Part shown: one piece after another, positions 26,070 to 34,575 of the stretch
Numbering within the stretch: the stretch's first letter is position 1
How the letters are laid out: each line of letters starts with the position of its first letter
Assembly (NCBI GenBank): GCA_944386595.1
Contig: CALXBQ010000046.1
Location: 12,998-76,997 of the forward strand
Origin: an uncultured Clostridia bacterium
GTDB taxonomy: Bacteria; Bacillota; Clostridia; Peptostreptococcales; Anaerovoracaceae
Direction of reading: 5' to 3'
Length of the DNA stretch: 64,000 bases
Program-made: the position numbers and the translations under genes
Notes under the pieces: model-generated
Told to the model about the DNA's origin: nothing
Databases searched by the model: none
The model's input: the letters and a program-made list of their open reading frames with translations, nothing else

Positions 26070-26301
26070 AGTAATGAAAATCACATGTGGCTTTGAAATT
26101 TATGTTGCTGTAATATGCGATTTTCGGATGTGTTTTGTGAAGCGGCGCTCCACTTGAAACCTGCGGCTTTTGTCCGATATGCACGCGGCAAGTTTCAAAA
26201 GAAGCACTTGCGTTTATATGATACCGAGCCGCTGACCTTTCGGCCGCGGCCCGGTATTTCTTTAGAAAATCGTTTTCTATTCGTTTATGATTATGTTGCT
26301 A
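26033..26301 (-). other. conserved structured 3' UTR module of paralog 7 (diverged)
   Basis: Post-stop box variant TTATGTTGCTA at 26291-26301. Hairpin at 26221-26257. Second box AATTTATGTTGCTGTAA at 26098-26114, followed by TATGCGATTTTCGGA, which looks like a decayed copy of a gene 3' end. Confidence 0.45.
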
Positions 26302-28242
26302 TTATGCGATTTTCTGAACTACTTCGTTGGATACAGCGTTCTCTCCACCGATTACGATGAAGCGGTCGAATGCTGCTTCTCCGATATCAGTCTTGATGTT
26401 GCTTACGATATTCTTAGCCACCTTAGTGTTAGATTCGCTTACGAGTACGAGCGGTGCTCCATACTGTGAATTGGTTGCTGCAAGTACGCCACCGGTAAGA
26501 GCATCTGCATATCCGTTTCCGGACGCAACATATACAACATTTGCTGATCCTGCGCTGTACTTACCGCCAACCTTGAAGAAAGTCTCCACAATCTTCTTGT
26601 TGGTAGCATATCTGTCGGTTCCGCCGAGACGGGTTACCTGAGTTGTATCAGTTATGTAATCCTTAGACTTCAGCGCCTTCTCAACGCTCTTCGATACAGC
26701 GCTGGTTCCTCCTGCAATGTATATTGCATCTACTGTGTCAGCATCTTCAAGAGCCTTAAGATAAGTGTCCTGAACCGGCTTAATGCTGTCTCCTACGAGA
26801 AGCACAGGTCTTGCTGTTGCAGCTGCAGTCAGTGCGTCTGCGTAATTATTTCCAGTTGCTACAAAGAGCTGGCTCATTGCACCATCAGTTGCACCAAGTC
26901 CGGTGCCGGCAGTTTCGTTGCCTGCGTAAGCCTTGAGTATTGCAACGTTAGTCTGATATCTGTTAGCGCCTTCAAGTCTTGTTACATTCTTATACTTGTA
27001 AAGGCTGTCTTCAAAGCTCTGAGATACTGCACTTGTTCCACCAAGAACTACAATCTGAGTATTGCTGAAGCTTTTTGCATTTTCATCGATATATGCTTTT
27101 ACTGCAGCTTCGTGGCTTCCATCTACCAGAAGTATAGGAGCCTCAAGTTTGCTGGCAAGAGCAGTTGCAGAAAGTGCGTCTGCATAATCAGTTCCGGTAG
27201 CTACGATTACGTACTCAAGTTTGCCATTCTTAGCAATCATCTTGTCTGCAACCTTCATTGCAGTTTCATATCTGTCGTCACCGGCGATTCTGTCTTTAGT
27301 TGCAAGAGCCTCTGCATCAGCACCCCAGGTTACAGTATCAAAGATGCCGGATACTTTGTTACCCTTTACAGTAACGGTAACGAGAGCTCCCTCGAACTTC
27401 TTGACATCACTTATCATGAGACCATTACCGTCGTAAATCAAATCACAATCTGATGCGCCAATCGGGCTAATCTGATTCACACCATTCTTCATGGCTTTCC
27501 ATTCTACTGTTACATACTTTGCGAGATCGTCATAGCCGATAACTGTTCCATCATCTAACGTTACGCTGTTTACTCTGTATGCCTTGCCTGCTACCGGCTG
27601 GGTTGCAACCACAGGCTTGCCATCAGTACCAGTAACTACTGCAAAATTATTAGCAGGATCACACTCAACAACCTCTACAGACTGTACATCTACAGGAGCT
27701 TCGTTCTGATAGATAACGAACTGACCCGTTGTACTTAAAACTACAGATGATACAGTGTCAAACTCGCCAACAAGCTTCGAAGATACTGTTATTTCATCCC
27801 TTTCCGTCTCACCGAGTTCATCCATGACGAGAGTAACCTCTCCTGCTTTGAAAGTCCATTTCAAATTAACAATACCTTTAACTACTTTCTCTGTAGAATA
27901 GTCCTCTCCAATTCTAACACGAGCAGACCTGGATGTGTCAGGCCAAACCCAAGTCTTTACCAATCCAGCTTTGGCATTATCACCCTTACCTAAATGGATG
28001 TCAACTACGCTGTTGCCCGCAATTCTGTTGGTATCAACAATCATCTCGTAAGTAGCACCCTCTTCAGTAATAGCTGCGTTGATGTTTTCAACGATACCCT
28101 GTGACTGAGCCGGTGTCACTATAACCTCATTCTTGGTGAGGTCGATAGATGGCTGACCGCCGATCTCCCAAGCAAGTGCAGGTACAGCGCTGGCAACTAC
28201 CATAGCGGCTGTAACTGCAAAAGCTACAAGTTTCTTTTTCAT
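26302..28242 (-). CDS. secreted cell-wall/S-layer-type protein, variable N-terminus + 3x CWB2 (paralog 7)
   Basis: Signal peptide MKKKLVAFAVTAAMVVASAVPALA. Three repeats of RIAGDDRYETA...ATGTDYADALS...APILLVD. C-terminus is GGENAVSNEVVQKIA. Confidence 0.9.
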   Translation of the reverse strand: MKKKLVAFAVTAAMVVASAVPALAWEIGGQPSIDLTKNEVIVTPAQSQGIVENINAAITEEGATYEMIVDTNRIAGNSVVDIHLGKGDNAKAGLVKTWVWPDTSRSARVRIGEDYSTEKVVKGIVNLKWTFKAGEVTLVMDELGETERDEITVSSKLVGEFDTVSSVVLSTTGQFVIYQNEAPVDVQSVEVVECDPANNFAVVTGTDGKPVVATQPVAGKAYRVNSVTLDDGTVIGYDDLAKYVTVEWKAMKNGVNQISPIGASDCDLIYDGNGLMISDVKKFEGALVTVTVKGNKVSGIFDTVTWGADAEALATKDRIAGDDRYETAMKVADKMIAKNGKLEYVIVATGTDYADALSATALASKLEAPILLVDGSHEAAVKAYIDENAKSFSNTQIVVLGGTSAVSQSFEDSLYKYKNVTRLEGANRYQTNVAILKAYAGNETAGTGLGATDGAMSQLFVATGNNYADALTAAATARPVLLVGDSIKPVQDTYLKALEDADTVDAIYIAGGTSAVSKSVEKALKSKDYITDTTQVTRLGGTDRYATNKKIVETFFKVGGKYSAGSANVVYVASGNGYADALTGGVLAATNSQYGAPLVLVSESNTKVAKNIVSNIKTDIGEAAFDRFIVIGGENAVSNEVVQKIA

Positions 28243-28317
28243 TACATCCTCCTTCTCACTTATCTCTAAGTGAATGTTTGCTTTGATTTAAAATAGCAAC
28301 ATAATTTGTTCTCTGTA

Positions 28318-28348
28318 AGTATACCCCCCCCCGGTAAATATTTGTCAA
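28318..28348 (-). promoter_or_regulatory. sigma-A promoter of paralog 7 with a G9 tract in the spacer
   Basis: TTGACA (28348-28343), 19-nt spacer with C-run 28324-28332, TATACT (28323-28318). Confidence 0.7.
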
Positions 28349-28610
28349 CACCTATTTTCACAACCTTACGGGAAATTTTCGAAATTGTTTCCTGCTGCGG
28401 CCGGAAACCGGGCGTGGGGTCATGGAGGTTTTGTATGACCGTGCGAGCTCTGCTGCCGCCACCCTCCCCGCCGGAATGCTCCTGTGGCGTCCTGTTTGCG
28501 TTTCTGGCGGATTTTGTTCCTTTAATCGGGTGAATCTTCACCTGCGGCCGTATCGCGTTCTTAAATCGCCGATTTTGGGCTGCCGTGAATTCTGTCGATG
28601 GCGAGTCAGA

Positions 28611-28862
28611 GTGTGGGCCAAATGACGATTAGACGAAAGGATGGCCCGCAGATCTCGTCAGTTTGCGGGCCAGATTAAATTTTTAAGAGACCATGGCCCG
28701 CAGTGTACCATGAAAACGTGGGCCAAATCTCAGTCATACGGGTAGATGGCCCGCAAATTCAGCTCAGGCGTGGGCCAGACTGCAGTTTAACGAAAAATTG
28801 GCCCGCAGATTCCGTTAGTTTGCGGGCCAAATTAAATTTTTAAAAGAATATGGCCCGCAACT
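28611..28862. repeat. five phased (52-53 bp) copies of an inverted-repeat unit GGGCCA...TGGCCCGCA
   Basis: TGGCCCGCA occurs at 28642, 28694, 28747, 28799 and 28851. GGGCCA occurs at 28615, 28667, 28720, 28772 and 28824. Units 1-2 (28641-28700) and 4-5 (28797-28860) are roughly 85-90 percent identical by eye and include the hairpin GGCCCGCA-N13-TGCGGGCC followed by ATTAAATTTTTAA. Confidence 0.8.
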
Positions 28863-29052
28863 GCAAAACGGCGGCAACTGCGCAGCCACAAACGCAAGGC
28901 CGCCGCAAACTGCCGAAAATTCTTCCCTTTCCCTTGAATTCCCGCTCCGACGGATATAGAATATCTAATATAGGTAAAAAACGGTTATACGGGCGTTTAG
29001 GGCCCTTCTCAAAGCTTTGGGAAAGCTATCAGACACGGAGGTGTTACGGACT

Positions 29053-29946
29053 ATGAAATTTTACATTGCTGATGCGTTTACGGATTCTCTTTTCGGCGGC
29101 AACCCGGCAGGGGTTGTCATACTCGACGGTGACGGCGGCTTCCCGCCTGACGAGATCATGAGAAAAACGGCCGCCGAGCTTCGCTACTCGGAGACCGCTT
29201 TCATTAAAGTTCTGGGCGACAGGGAATTTCAGATAAGATATTTTACGCCGGCTGCGGAAGTGGATCTTTGCGGACACGCCACCATCGCATCTTTTGTATG
29301 CCTGGTCAAAGCCGGCATTCTGCCGGAGAACTGCGCCTGCATCAACCACACCCTGGCAGGCGACCTCAACATTGAAATCAAAGACGGCTTTGTCATGATG
29401 GACATGGCGTCCCCTGTGGAAATGGGCGCAATATCCGAGCCCGGGGAAATCCAGCGCCTTTACGACGTTATGGGCTACGGCGGGGAAGTTCCCGATTTTG
29501 GCGGGCTGAAGCCTCAGCTCATCTCCACCGGACTTCCGGACATTATGATGCCTGTGGGAAGCTGCGCGGAGCTTGACGCCCTCAACCCGGATATGAAGGC
29601 TCTCTCGGACCTTTCCGCCGAGTACAAGGTTACCGGCGTCCACGCGTTTACGGTAAACTGCGACGACGCCACCGCCCACTGCAGGAATTTTGCGCCCCTC
29701 TATGACATAGACGAGGAGGCTGCGACGGGAACCTCCAACGGCGCTCTCACCTACTACTTCAAACTCAACGGACTTCTGCCTGAAGCCGCTGCCGACGGCT
29801 CCGTATCATGCCGCATCGTTCAGGGCGAGAAGATGGACAGGCCGTCCGTTATCCTCACTGACATTCGCGAAGACGCTGACGGCGGATGCCTTATCCGCGT
29901 GGGAGGCAGCGCCGTTCTCCTGGCCGAGGGCGACATAAAGCTGTAG
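29053..29946 (+). CDS. PhzF-family (phenazine biosynthesis-like) isomerase
   Basis: MKFYIADAFTDSLFGGNPAGVVIL..., ETAFI...RYFTP..EVDLCGHATIA, and TGTSNGAL near the C-terminus. ATG 29053 lies downstream of GGAGG; the track ORF starts at an upstream TTG. Confidence 0.8.
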   Translation: MKFYIADAFTDSLFGGNPAGVVILDGDGGFPPDEIMRKTAAELRYSETAFIKVLGDREFQIRYFTPAAEVDLCGHATIASFVCLVKAGILPENCACINHTLAGDLNIEIKDGFVMMDMASPVEMGAISEPGEIQRLYDVMGYGGEVPDFGGLKPQLISTGLPDIMMPVGSCAELDALNPDMKALSDLSAEYKVTGVHAFTVNCDDATAHCRNFAPLYDIDEEAATGTSNGALTYYFKLNGLLPEAAADGSVSCRIVQGEKMDRPSVILTDIREDADGGCLIRVGGSAVLLAEGDIKL

Positions 29947-30228
29947 GTTGTGAGGCTCTCATCGTCTCTATATGTTTCGATTTTTACGGCTTCGACAAAA
30001 TCGTCTGTTCCGGGCGGTTTTGCCGAAGCTTTTTCGGCTTAAAAGACCGGTTTTTCAGGTTTTGTCGAAGATTCACCGGTCAAAACCTGCGCGACCGGCC
30101 ACTTTTTTCGGCAGATTGCGGTTTTAAGGGCAAAAATGTCGAAAAGCCTTCGACAACTTCCCGGAAAAACCGTTTCGTTGTCGAAGACTTCCTTAAAATC
30201 TAAAAATCCGACATATATTAACCGCCGC

Positions 30229-31146
30229 CTACTCTTCCTTTTCCCCGTTGAGTATGCTGCAGCTCAGTATTATCGACGAAACCCTTCCCCTTACGGTGGA
30301 TTCCCTCGACGTCATGGAGATCGGGCATCTACCGCCCAGTATTACGCCGCCCATGGTTGCGCCGCCGAAGGTGTAGATGGATTTAACAAGCATGTTGCCT
30401 GCGGCTATTCCCGGCACCAGAATTATGTCGGCGTCTCCGGCCACGGGACTTGCGAATTTCTTTACCTTTGAGGCTTCCGGAATCATGGCAAGGTCGAAGG
30501 AAATAGGGCCCTCCACTATGCAGCCTCCGATTTCTCCTCTTTCGCTCATTCCTTTAAGGGCTGCGGCCTCCACCGTCTCCGGCATCTTCGGGTTTATCTC
30601 CTCTACGGCGCACATGCACGCCACCTTAGGCTTCTTCACGCCGAAGCTGTGGAAGAGCTCCACGGTGCTCTCTATGATTTCCTTCTTCTGAGCCAGGTTC
30701 GGGGCTATCTGCATTCCGCCGTCGGTGATTGCGAAAAGCTTATGGTAGTAGTCCGATTCGAAGACGGCGACGTAGTTCATCATCTTTCCCGCTCTGAGAC
30801 CGTGCTCCTTGTTGACAACGGCCTTCAGCATGGTAGACGTGTGAAGGAGCCCCTTCTGCAGAAAATCGGCGTCGCCGCTTCTGATAAGCTCCACCGCCTT
30901 TACTGCAGATTCGTGGTCGCTTTCGGCGTCTATTATCCTCGACCTGTCTACGGTTCTGCCTATCTCCTCGGCCGTCTTAAGTATTTCGTCTCTGGGGCCC
31001 GTCAGAATGTAGTCCACAAGTCCCATGTCGTGGGCCTCTAAAACAGCTTCGAGGGTTTTGTCCTCGATGGCCGAAGCCACGGCTACGGTACGCTTTGTGT
31101 CCGACTTCATATTTTGTCTGATGTCGTCAAAATTTTTCAGAACCAT
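30229..31146 (-). CDS. phosphate butyryl/acetyltransferase family protein
   Basis: 305 aa with VAVASAIEDKTLEAVLEAHDMGLVDYILTG... and VPGIAAGNMLVKS, typical of the Ptb/Pta_PtaB family. Confidence 0.75.
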   Translation of the reverse strand: MVLKNFDDIRQNMKSDTKRTVAVASAIEDKTLEAVLEAHDMGLVDYILTGPRDEILKTAEEIGRTVDRSRIIDAESDHESAVKAVELIRSGDADFLQKGLLHTSTMLKAVVNKEHGLRAGKMMNYVAVFESDYYHKLFAITDGGMQIAPNLAQKKEIIESTVELFHSFGVKKPKVACMCAVEEINPKMPETVEAAALKGMSERGEIGGCIVEGPISFDLAMIPEASKVKKFASPVAGDADIILVPGIAAGNMLVKSIYTFGGATMGGVILGGRCPISMTSRESTVRGRVSSIILSCSILNGEKEE

Positions 31147-31182
31147 ATCAATCCCTTCCTTTCGTCAATCATAACCTGACGC

Positions 31183-31692
31183 TTAACCAAGCGCCTTTAT
31201 TATTCTCTCTATTACATCCTCCACCGTGCCGCCGTCGGCTTTTACCCTGACGTCGCACCTGGATTCGTAAAGAGGAGTCCTCGCGTTGTAGAGATCCTCG
31301 AGGGTCTGGCCCTTTTCCAGCGTCACCCCTCTTGTCTTAATGTTCCTCAGCCTTTCCAGCACCGATTCAAGTGTAATGTCAAGATATACAACGGTGCCGG
31401 ATTTTCTGAACTTCTCCAGAGCGTCGGGAAAATACACTGCGCTTCCTCCCGTGGCTATTACGGTGTTTTCAGCCTCCACGCCGAGAAGAACCGCCTCTTC
31501 CACCCTGTGAAAGTAGTCGTTTCCCTTTTCGTTGATTATCTCCTGAAGGGTCTTTCCCTCCCTCTGCTGAATAAGAAGATCCGTGTCAATGAAGGCTTTG
31601 CCGAGAGTCTTGGCGAGTATTACTCCTACGGTGCTCTTTCCCGACGAAGGCATTCCTATGAGTATTATATTTCCGCTCTTTCCGCAAGCCAT
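31183..31692 (-). CDS. aroK: shikimate kinase
   Basis: NIILIGMPSSGKSTVGVILAKTLGKAFIDTDLLIQQREGKTLQEI (P-loop plus shikimate-binding motif). Confidence 0.9.
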   Translation of the reverse strand: MACGKSGNIILIGMPSSGKSTVGVILAKTLGKAFIDTDLLIQQREGKTLQEIINEKGNDYFHRVEEAVLLGVEAENTVIATGGSAVYFPDALEKFRKSGTVVYLDITLESVLERLRNIKTRGVTLEKGQTLEDLYNARTPLYESRCDVRVKADGGTVEDVIERIIKALG

Positions 31693-32306
31693 AGGCTGTC
31701 CACCTCCGCGTATTTTCCGGCGGGAATCCTGAGGGCATATCCGTAGTCATCTTCCAGCCTTTTGTACAGTCCGTCGTCCAGGAGAACCGTAAGCTTCTCG
31801 TCTCCCGGCGCAGTGCTCTCGTCCCAGATTATGAGATATTCCTCCCCGTCGTTGGCATAGTAGATGAGATCCACCGGCGTCACGTCCGGCCAGTCCTCTC
31901 TGATGCTTTCGGTCACTACGGCCTTGTAAAGCTCCATGACCCTGTCGTCTCTGCCGTTATCGAATATCATAATCTTCTCCAGAAGCTGAGAGCTGAAGCT
32001 TACGACTCTGAATACGGCCTCCTCGTCCACCGCTTCATCGGGTATTTCAAGGCTGTTAAGCTGATCCACCAGGCCCGGCTCGTGATCCGGCGCAAGGTAA
32101 ATGGTAAGCTTTTTCTCCGGGTCCATGTACATGACCGGATACTCCACCAGCGTCTCGTCGCCGCAGGAGGGACATTTCACCATGAAAAAGCTGCCGTCCA
32201 GAATTGCGTCCTTGTATTTCGGGTCTTCGGAGACGTCGACGAACTCCGTCATCGGCACGTTCATCTCTTCTCCGCAGTTTTCACAAATAAGTTTAAACGT
32301 GTTCAT
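31665..32306 (-). CDS. CpXC domain-containing protein
   Basis: Two CxxC pairs (CENCGEE..., KCPSCGDE) in the N-terminal ~50 aa followed by an acidic domain. The family name is from memory. Confidence 0.6.
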   Translation of the reverse strand: MNTFKLICENCGEEMNVPMTEFVDVSEDPKYKDAILDGSFFMVKCPSCGDETLVEYPVMYMDPEKKLTIYLAPDHEPGLVDQLNSLEIPDEAVDEEAVFRVVSFSSQLLEKIMIFDNGRDDRVMELYKAVVTESIREDWPDVTPVDLIYYANDGEEYLIIWDESTAPGDEKLTVLLDDGLYKRLEDDYGYALRIPAGKYAEVDSLWLAERAEI

Positions 32307-32895
32307 CGTTAACCTCCGGGAACTTCATCTGCTCGCTTCCGTCATCTTCGTACTCGTCGTCCCCCGAGGACAGAACCCCCTCAAGGTCGTTTATCTCGGG
32401 AAGCTCCTTTATGGAGCTGAATCCGAAATGCTTTAAAAACTCGTCGGTGGTTCCGTAGAGAATCGGCCTTCCAACAGCTTCGGATCTTCCCTTCTCCTCC
32501 ACAAGCCCCTTTGCGGCAAGGCCTTCCATGACTCTGTCGCATTTTACTCCTCTGATAGAGTCGATCTCGGCCTTTGTCACAGGCTGCTTATAGGCGACTA
32601 TGGCGAGAACCTCAAGGGCCGACTGGGACAGCTTTCTCACCCTTACCGGTGTGCAGAGCCTCTCTATGAATTCTGCGTTTTCCGGCCTGGTGGCAAACTG
32701 AAAGCTCTTTCCTATCTGTCTTATCATTATGCCCCGGCCCTCTTTGTCGTACTCTTCCCTAAGCTCCGTAAGGTACGCCATGGCATCTTCTTTTGATATA
32801 TTGCAGACCTCCGCCGCCGTCTTCACCTCCAGAGGCTGTCCCCATACGTACATCATGGACTCCAGGGCGGATTTTATGGTTTTCTTACTGTTCAA
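32293..32895 (-). CDS. scpB: segregation and condensation protein B
   Basis: LSQSALEVLAIVAYKQPVTKAEIDSIRGVKCDRVMEGLAAKGLVEE...GRPILYGTTDEFLKHFG. Likely TTG start at 32895, 8 nt after GGAGG. The track ATG at 32940 lies inside scpA. Confidence 0.85.
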   Translation of the reverse strand: MNSKKTIKSALESMMYVWGQPLEVKTAAEVCNISKEDAMAYLTELREEYDKEGRGIMIRQIGKSFQFATRPENAEFIERLCTPVRVRKLSQSALEVLAIVAYKQPVTKAEIDSIRGVKCDRVMEGLAAKGLVEEKGRSEAVGRPILYGTTDEFLKHFGFSSIKELPEINDLEGVLSSGDDEYEDDGSEQMKFPEVNDEHV

Positions 32896-33652
32896 TTTCT
32901 CTATCCTCCTCGTCCGCAAGGGAAATGGATATGTCGCCATACAGAGACTTCTGCTCGGCGGTTATCTCGTGGTCTCTCATCATCTGCAGCACGGAGACAA
33001 AGCTTACGGCTATGTCGTACTTATCCTTCCTGTCCGGAACCGTCTCCTTAAAGCTTATGCGCCTGCTTCCGCCTTTCAGGGCTCTCGTCAGGTGCTCTCT
33101 GATGAAGGTCATTCTGTCCTCCATGGTGGCCCTGTCCCTTTCGATGCGGGTATATCTGGCCCGGACCTCGTCGGCCCGCTGCTTTTTCGTAAGGAAAAGG
33201 TCAAAGGCTGCCGCGAACTGATCCAGGTTAAGCCTTAAAAGCTCGTCGGGGCTGTCCGTGTACTCGGAGATGTCCTCCTGAGGCTTTTCGTATATCAAAG
33301 CCGTCAGCTCCTCGCGTTCTTTGAGCATCTGGGCGCACTCTTTGAACCTTCTGTATTCCAGAAGTTTTTCCACCAGAGCGCTTCTCGGATCTTCCTCGTA
33401 ATCTCCGCCTTCAAGAGGCTTCGGTCTCGGAAGTATCATTCTGGACTTTATATCTATGAGAGTCGCCGCAAGAACCATAAACTCGGTGGCCGCGGCAACG
33501 TCGGTTTTCTTTATTTCGTTTACGTACTCGATGTACTGCTCCGTGATTTCGGAAATGCGTATGTCGTATATGTCCATCCTGGCGTTCTCAATGAGGTACA
33601 CCAGCAGGTCGAAAGGCCCCTCAAAGCTGTGAAGTCTTACTTTATAGCTCAT
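32885..33652 (-). CDS. scpA: segregation and condensation protein A
   Basis: MSYKVRLHSFEGPFDLLVYLIENARMDIYDIRISEITEQYIEYV is the canonical ScpA N-terminus. Confidence 0.9.
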   Translation of the reverse strand: MSYKVRLHSFEGPFDLLVYLIENARMDIYDIRISEITEQYIEYVNEIKKTDVAAATEFMVLAATLIDIKSRMILPRPKPLEGGDYEEDPRSALVEKLLEYRRFKECAQMLKEREELTALIYEKPQEDISEYTDSPDELLRLNLDQFAAAFDLFLTKKQRADEVRARYTRIERDRATMEDRMTFIREHLTRALKGGSRRISFKETVPDRKDKYDIAVSFVSVLQMMRDHEITAEQKSLYGDISISLADEEDREIEQ

Positions 33653-34575
33653 TTCCTTCCTCCCTGATTTTTAAGAGCTTCCTTCTCGGCGATGCCCGTG
33701 TGGTAGTTATAGTAGAGAAGTCCCGTAACGACTACGGCGCAGCCCACTATCTCCCAGCCTTCCGGAATCTGTCCCAGGAAGATTATGCCAAGGACAATGG
33801 CAAACACCGATTCTCCCGACTCCCATGCCGAAACGTAGAGGGAATCCACGTAGCCGAAGCAGAGATTGAACACGGCGTGGGCCCCGATCTGGCACACAAA
33901 GGTCATCGCCACTATGAGCAGGTAGTCGTGAGCGCTGTATCCTAAGACCGGCGTCTTTGTCGCTACGATTCCTATGACGAAACAAATCCAGCAGGACGCG
34001 AACACGAGAAAAACGTATACGCTTCCCGCTACGGTCTTTCTCACCTCGTTTCCTATGGCAAAATATATGCCCATGCAGATTGCTGCGCCCAAAGCCAGCA
34101 TATCGCCGGTGAAGTTTCCCGATGAAAGCTGCCTGTAGTCAAAGCCTGCAACCATGCAGCAGCCTAAAAGAGCCAGGACTATTCCCATTACCGGCCTTAT
34201 TCCCACCTTTCTACGGAGAAGGAAAACCGTTATGACGAGAACCACCAGAGGGTGCATTGCGGCGAGCACCACGGCGCTTGCCACGTTAGTCAGCTTCACT
34301 GCGTTAAACCAGGTGAAATAGTGGCCGAACAGAAAGGCTCCGGCTATGAAGGTCCAGATAAGCTCCTTGGGCTTAACCGCCTTAAGCTGCTCCCTTTGTT
34401 TAAGGAAAACAGGAATGGCGCAGAAAGGAACGCCCACCGTCAGCCTCCAGAACCCTATGGCAAGGGACGGAGCCGCAATGGCGCTTCCGAATATTCCCGA
34501 CGACGAGCTTGCTACCACCGCCAGGACCACTACAATCTTCACGTATTTTTTCAAGAAAGCGTTTTCGTTGTTCAT
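33649..34575 (-). CDS. DMT-superfamily (EamA-like) transporter
   Basis: 308 aa, about 10 TM helices arranged as two similar halves. Confidence 0.75.
   Translation of the reverse strand: MNNENAFLKKYVKIVVVLAVVASSSSGIFGSAIAAPSLAIGFWRLTVGVPFCAIPVFLKQREQLKAVKPKELIWTFIAGAFLFGHYFTWFNAVKLTNVASAVVLAAMHPLVVLVITVFLLRRKVGIRPVMGIVLALLGCCMVAGFDYRQLSSGNFTGDMLALGAAICMGIYFAIGNEVRKTVAGSVYVFLVFASCWICFVIGIVATKTPVLGYSAHDYLLIVAMTFVCQIGAHAVFNLCFGYVDSLYVSAWESGESVFAIVLGIIFLGQIPEGWEIVGCAVVVTGLLYYNYHTGIAEKEALKNQGGRK

Noticed and set aside
28611-28862. CRISPR array interpretation of the regularly spaced repeats.
   Set aside because: The conserved cores are only 9-10 nt, arranged as alternating inverted half-sites with a 52-bp period. 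Some of the supposed spacers are themselves duplicated. No cas genes lie nearby.
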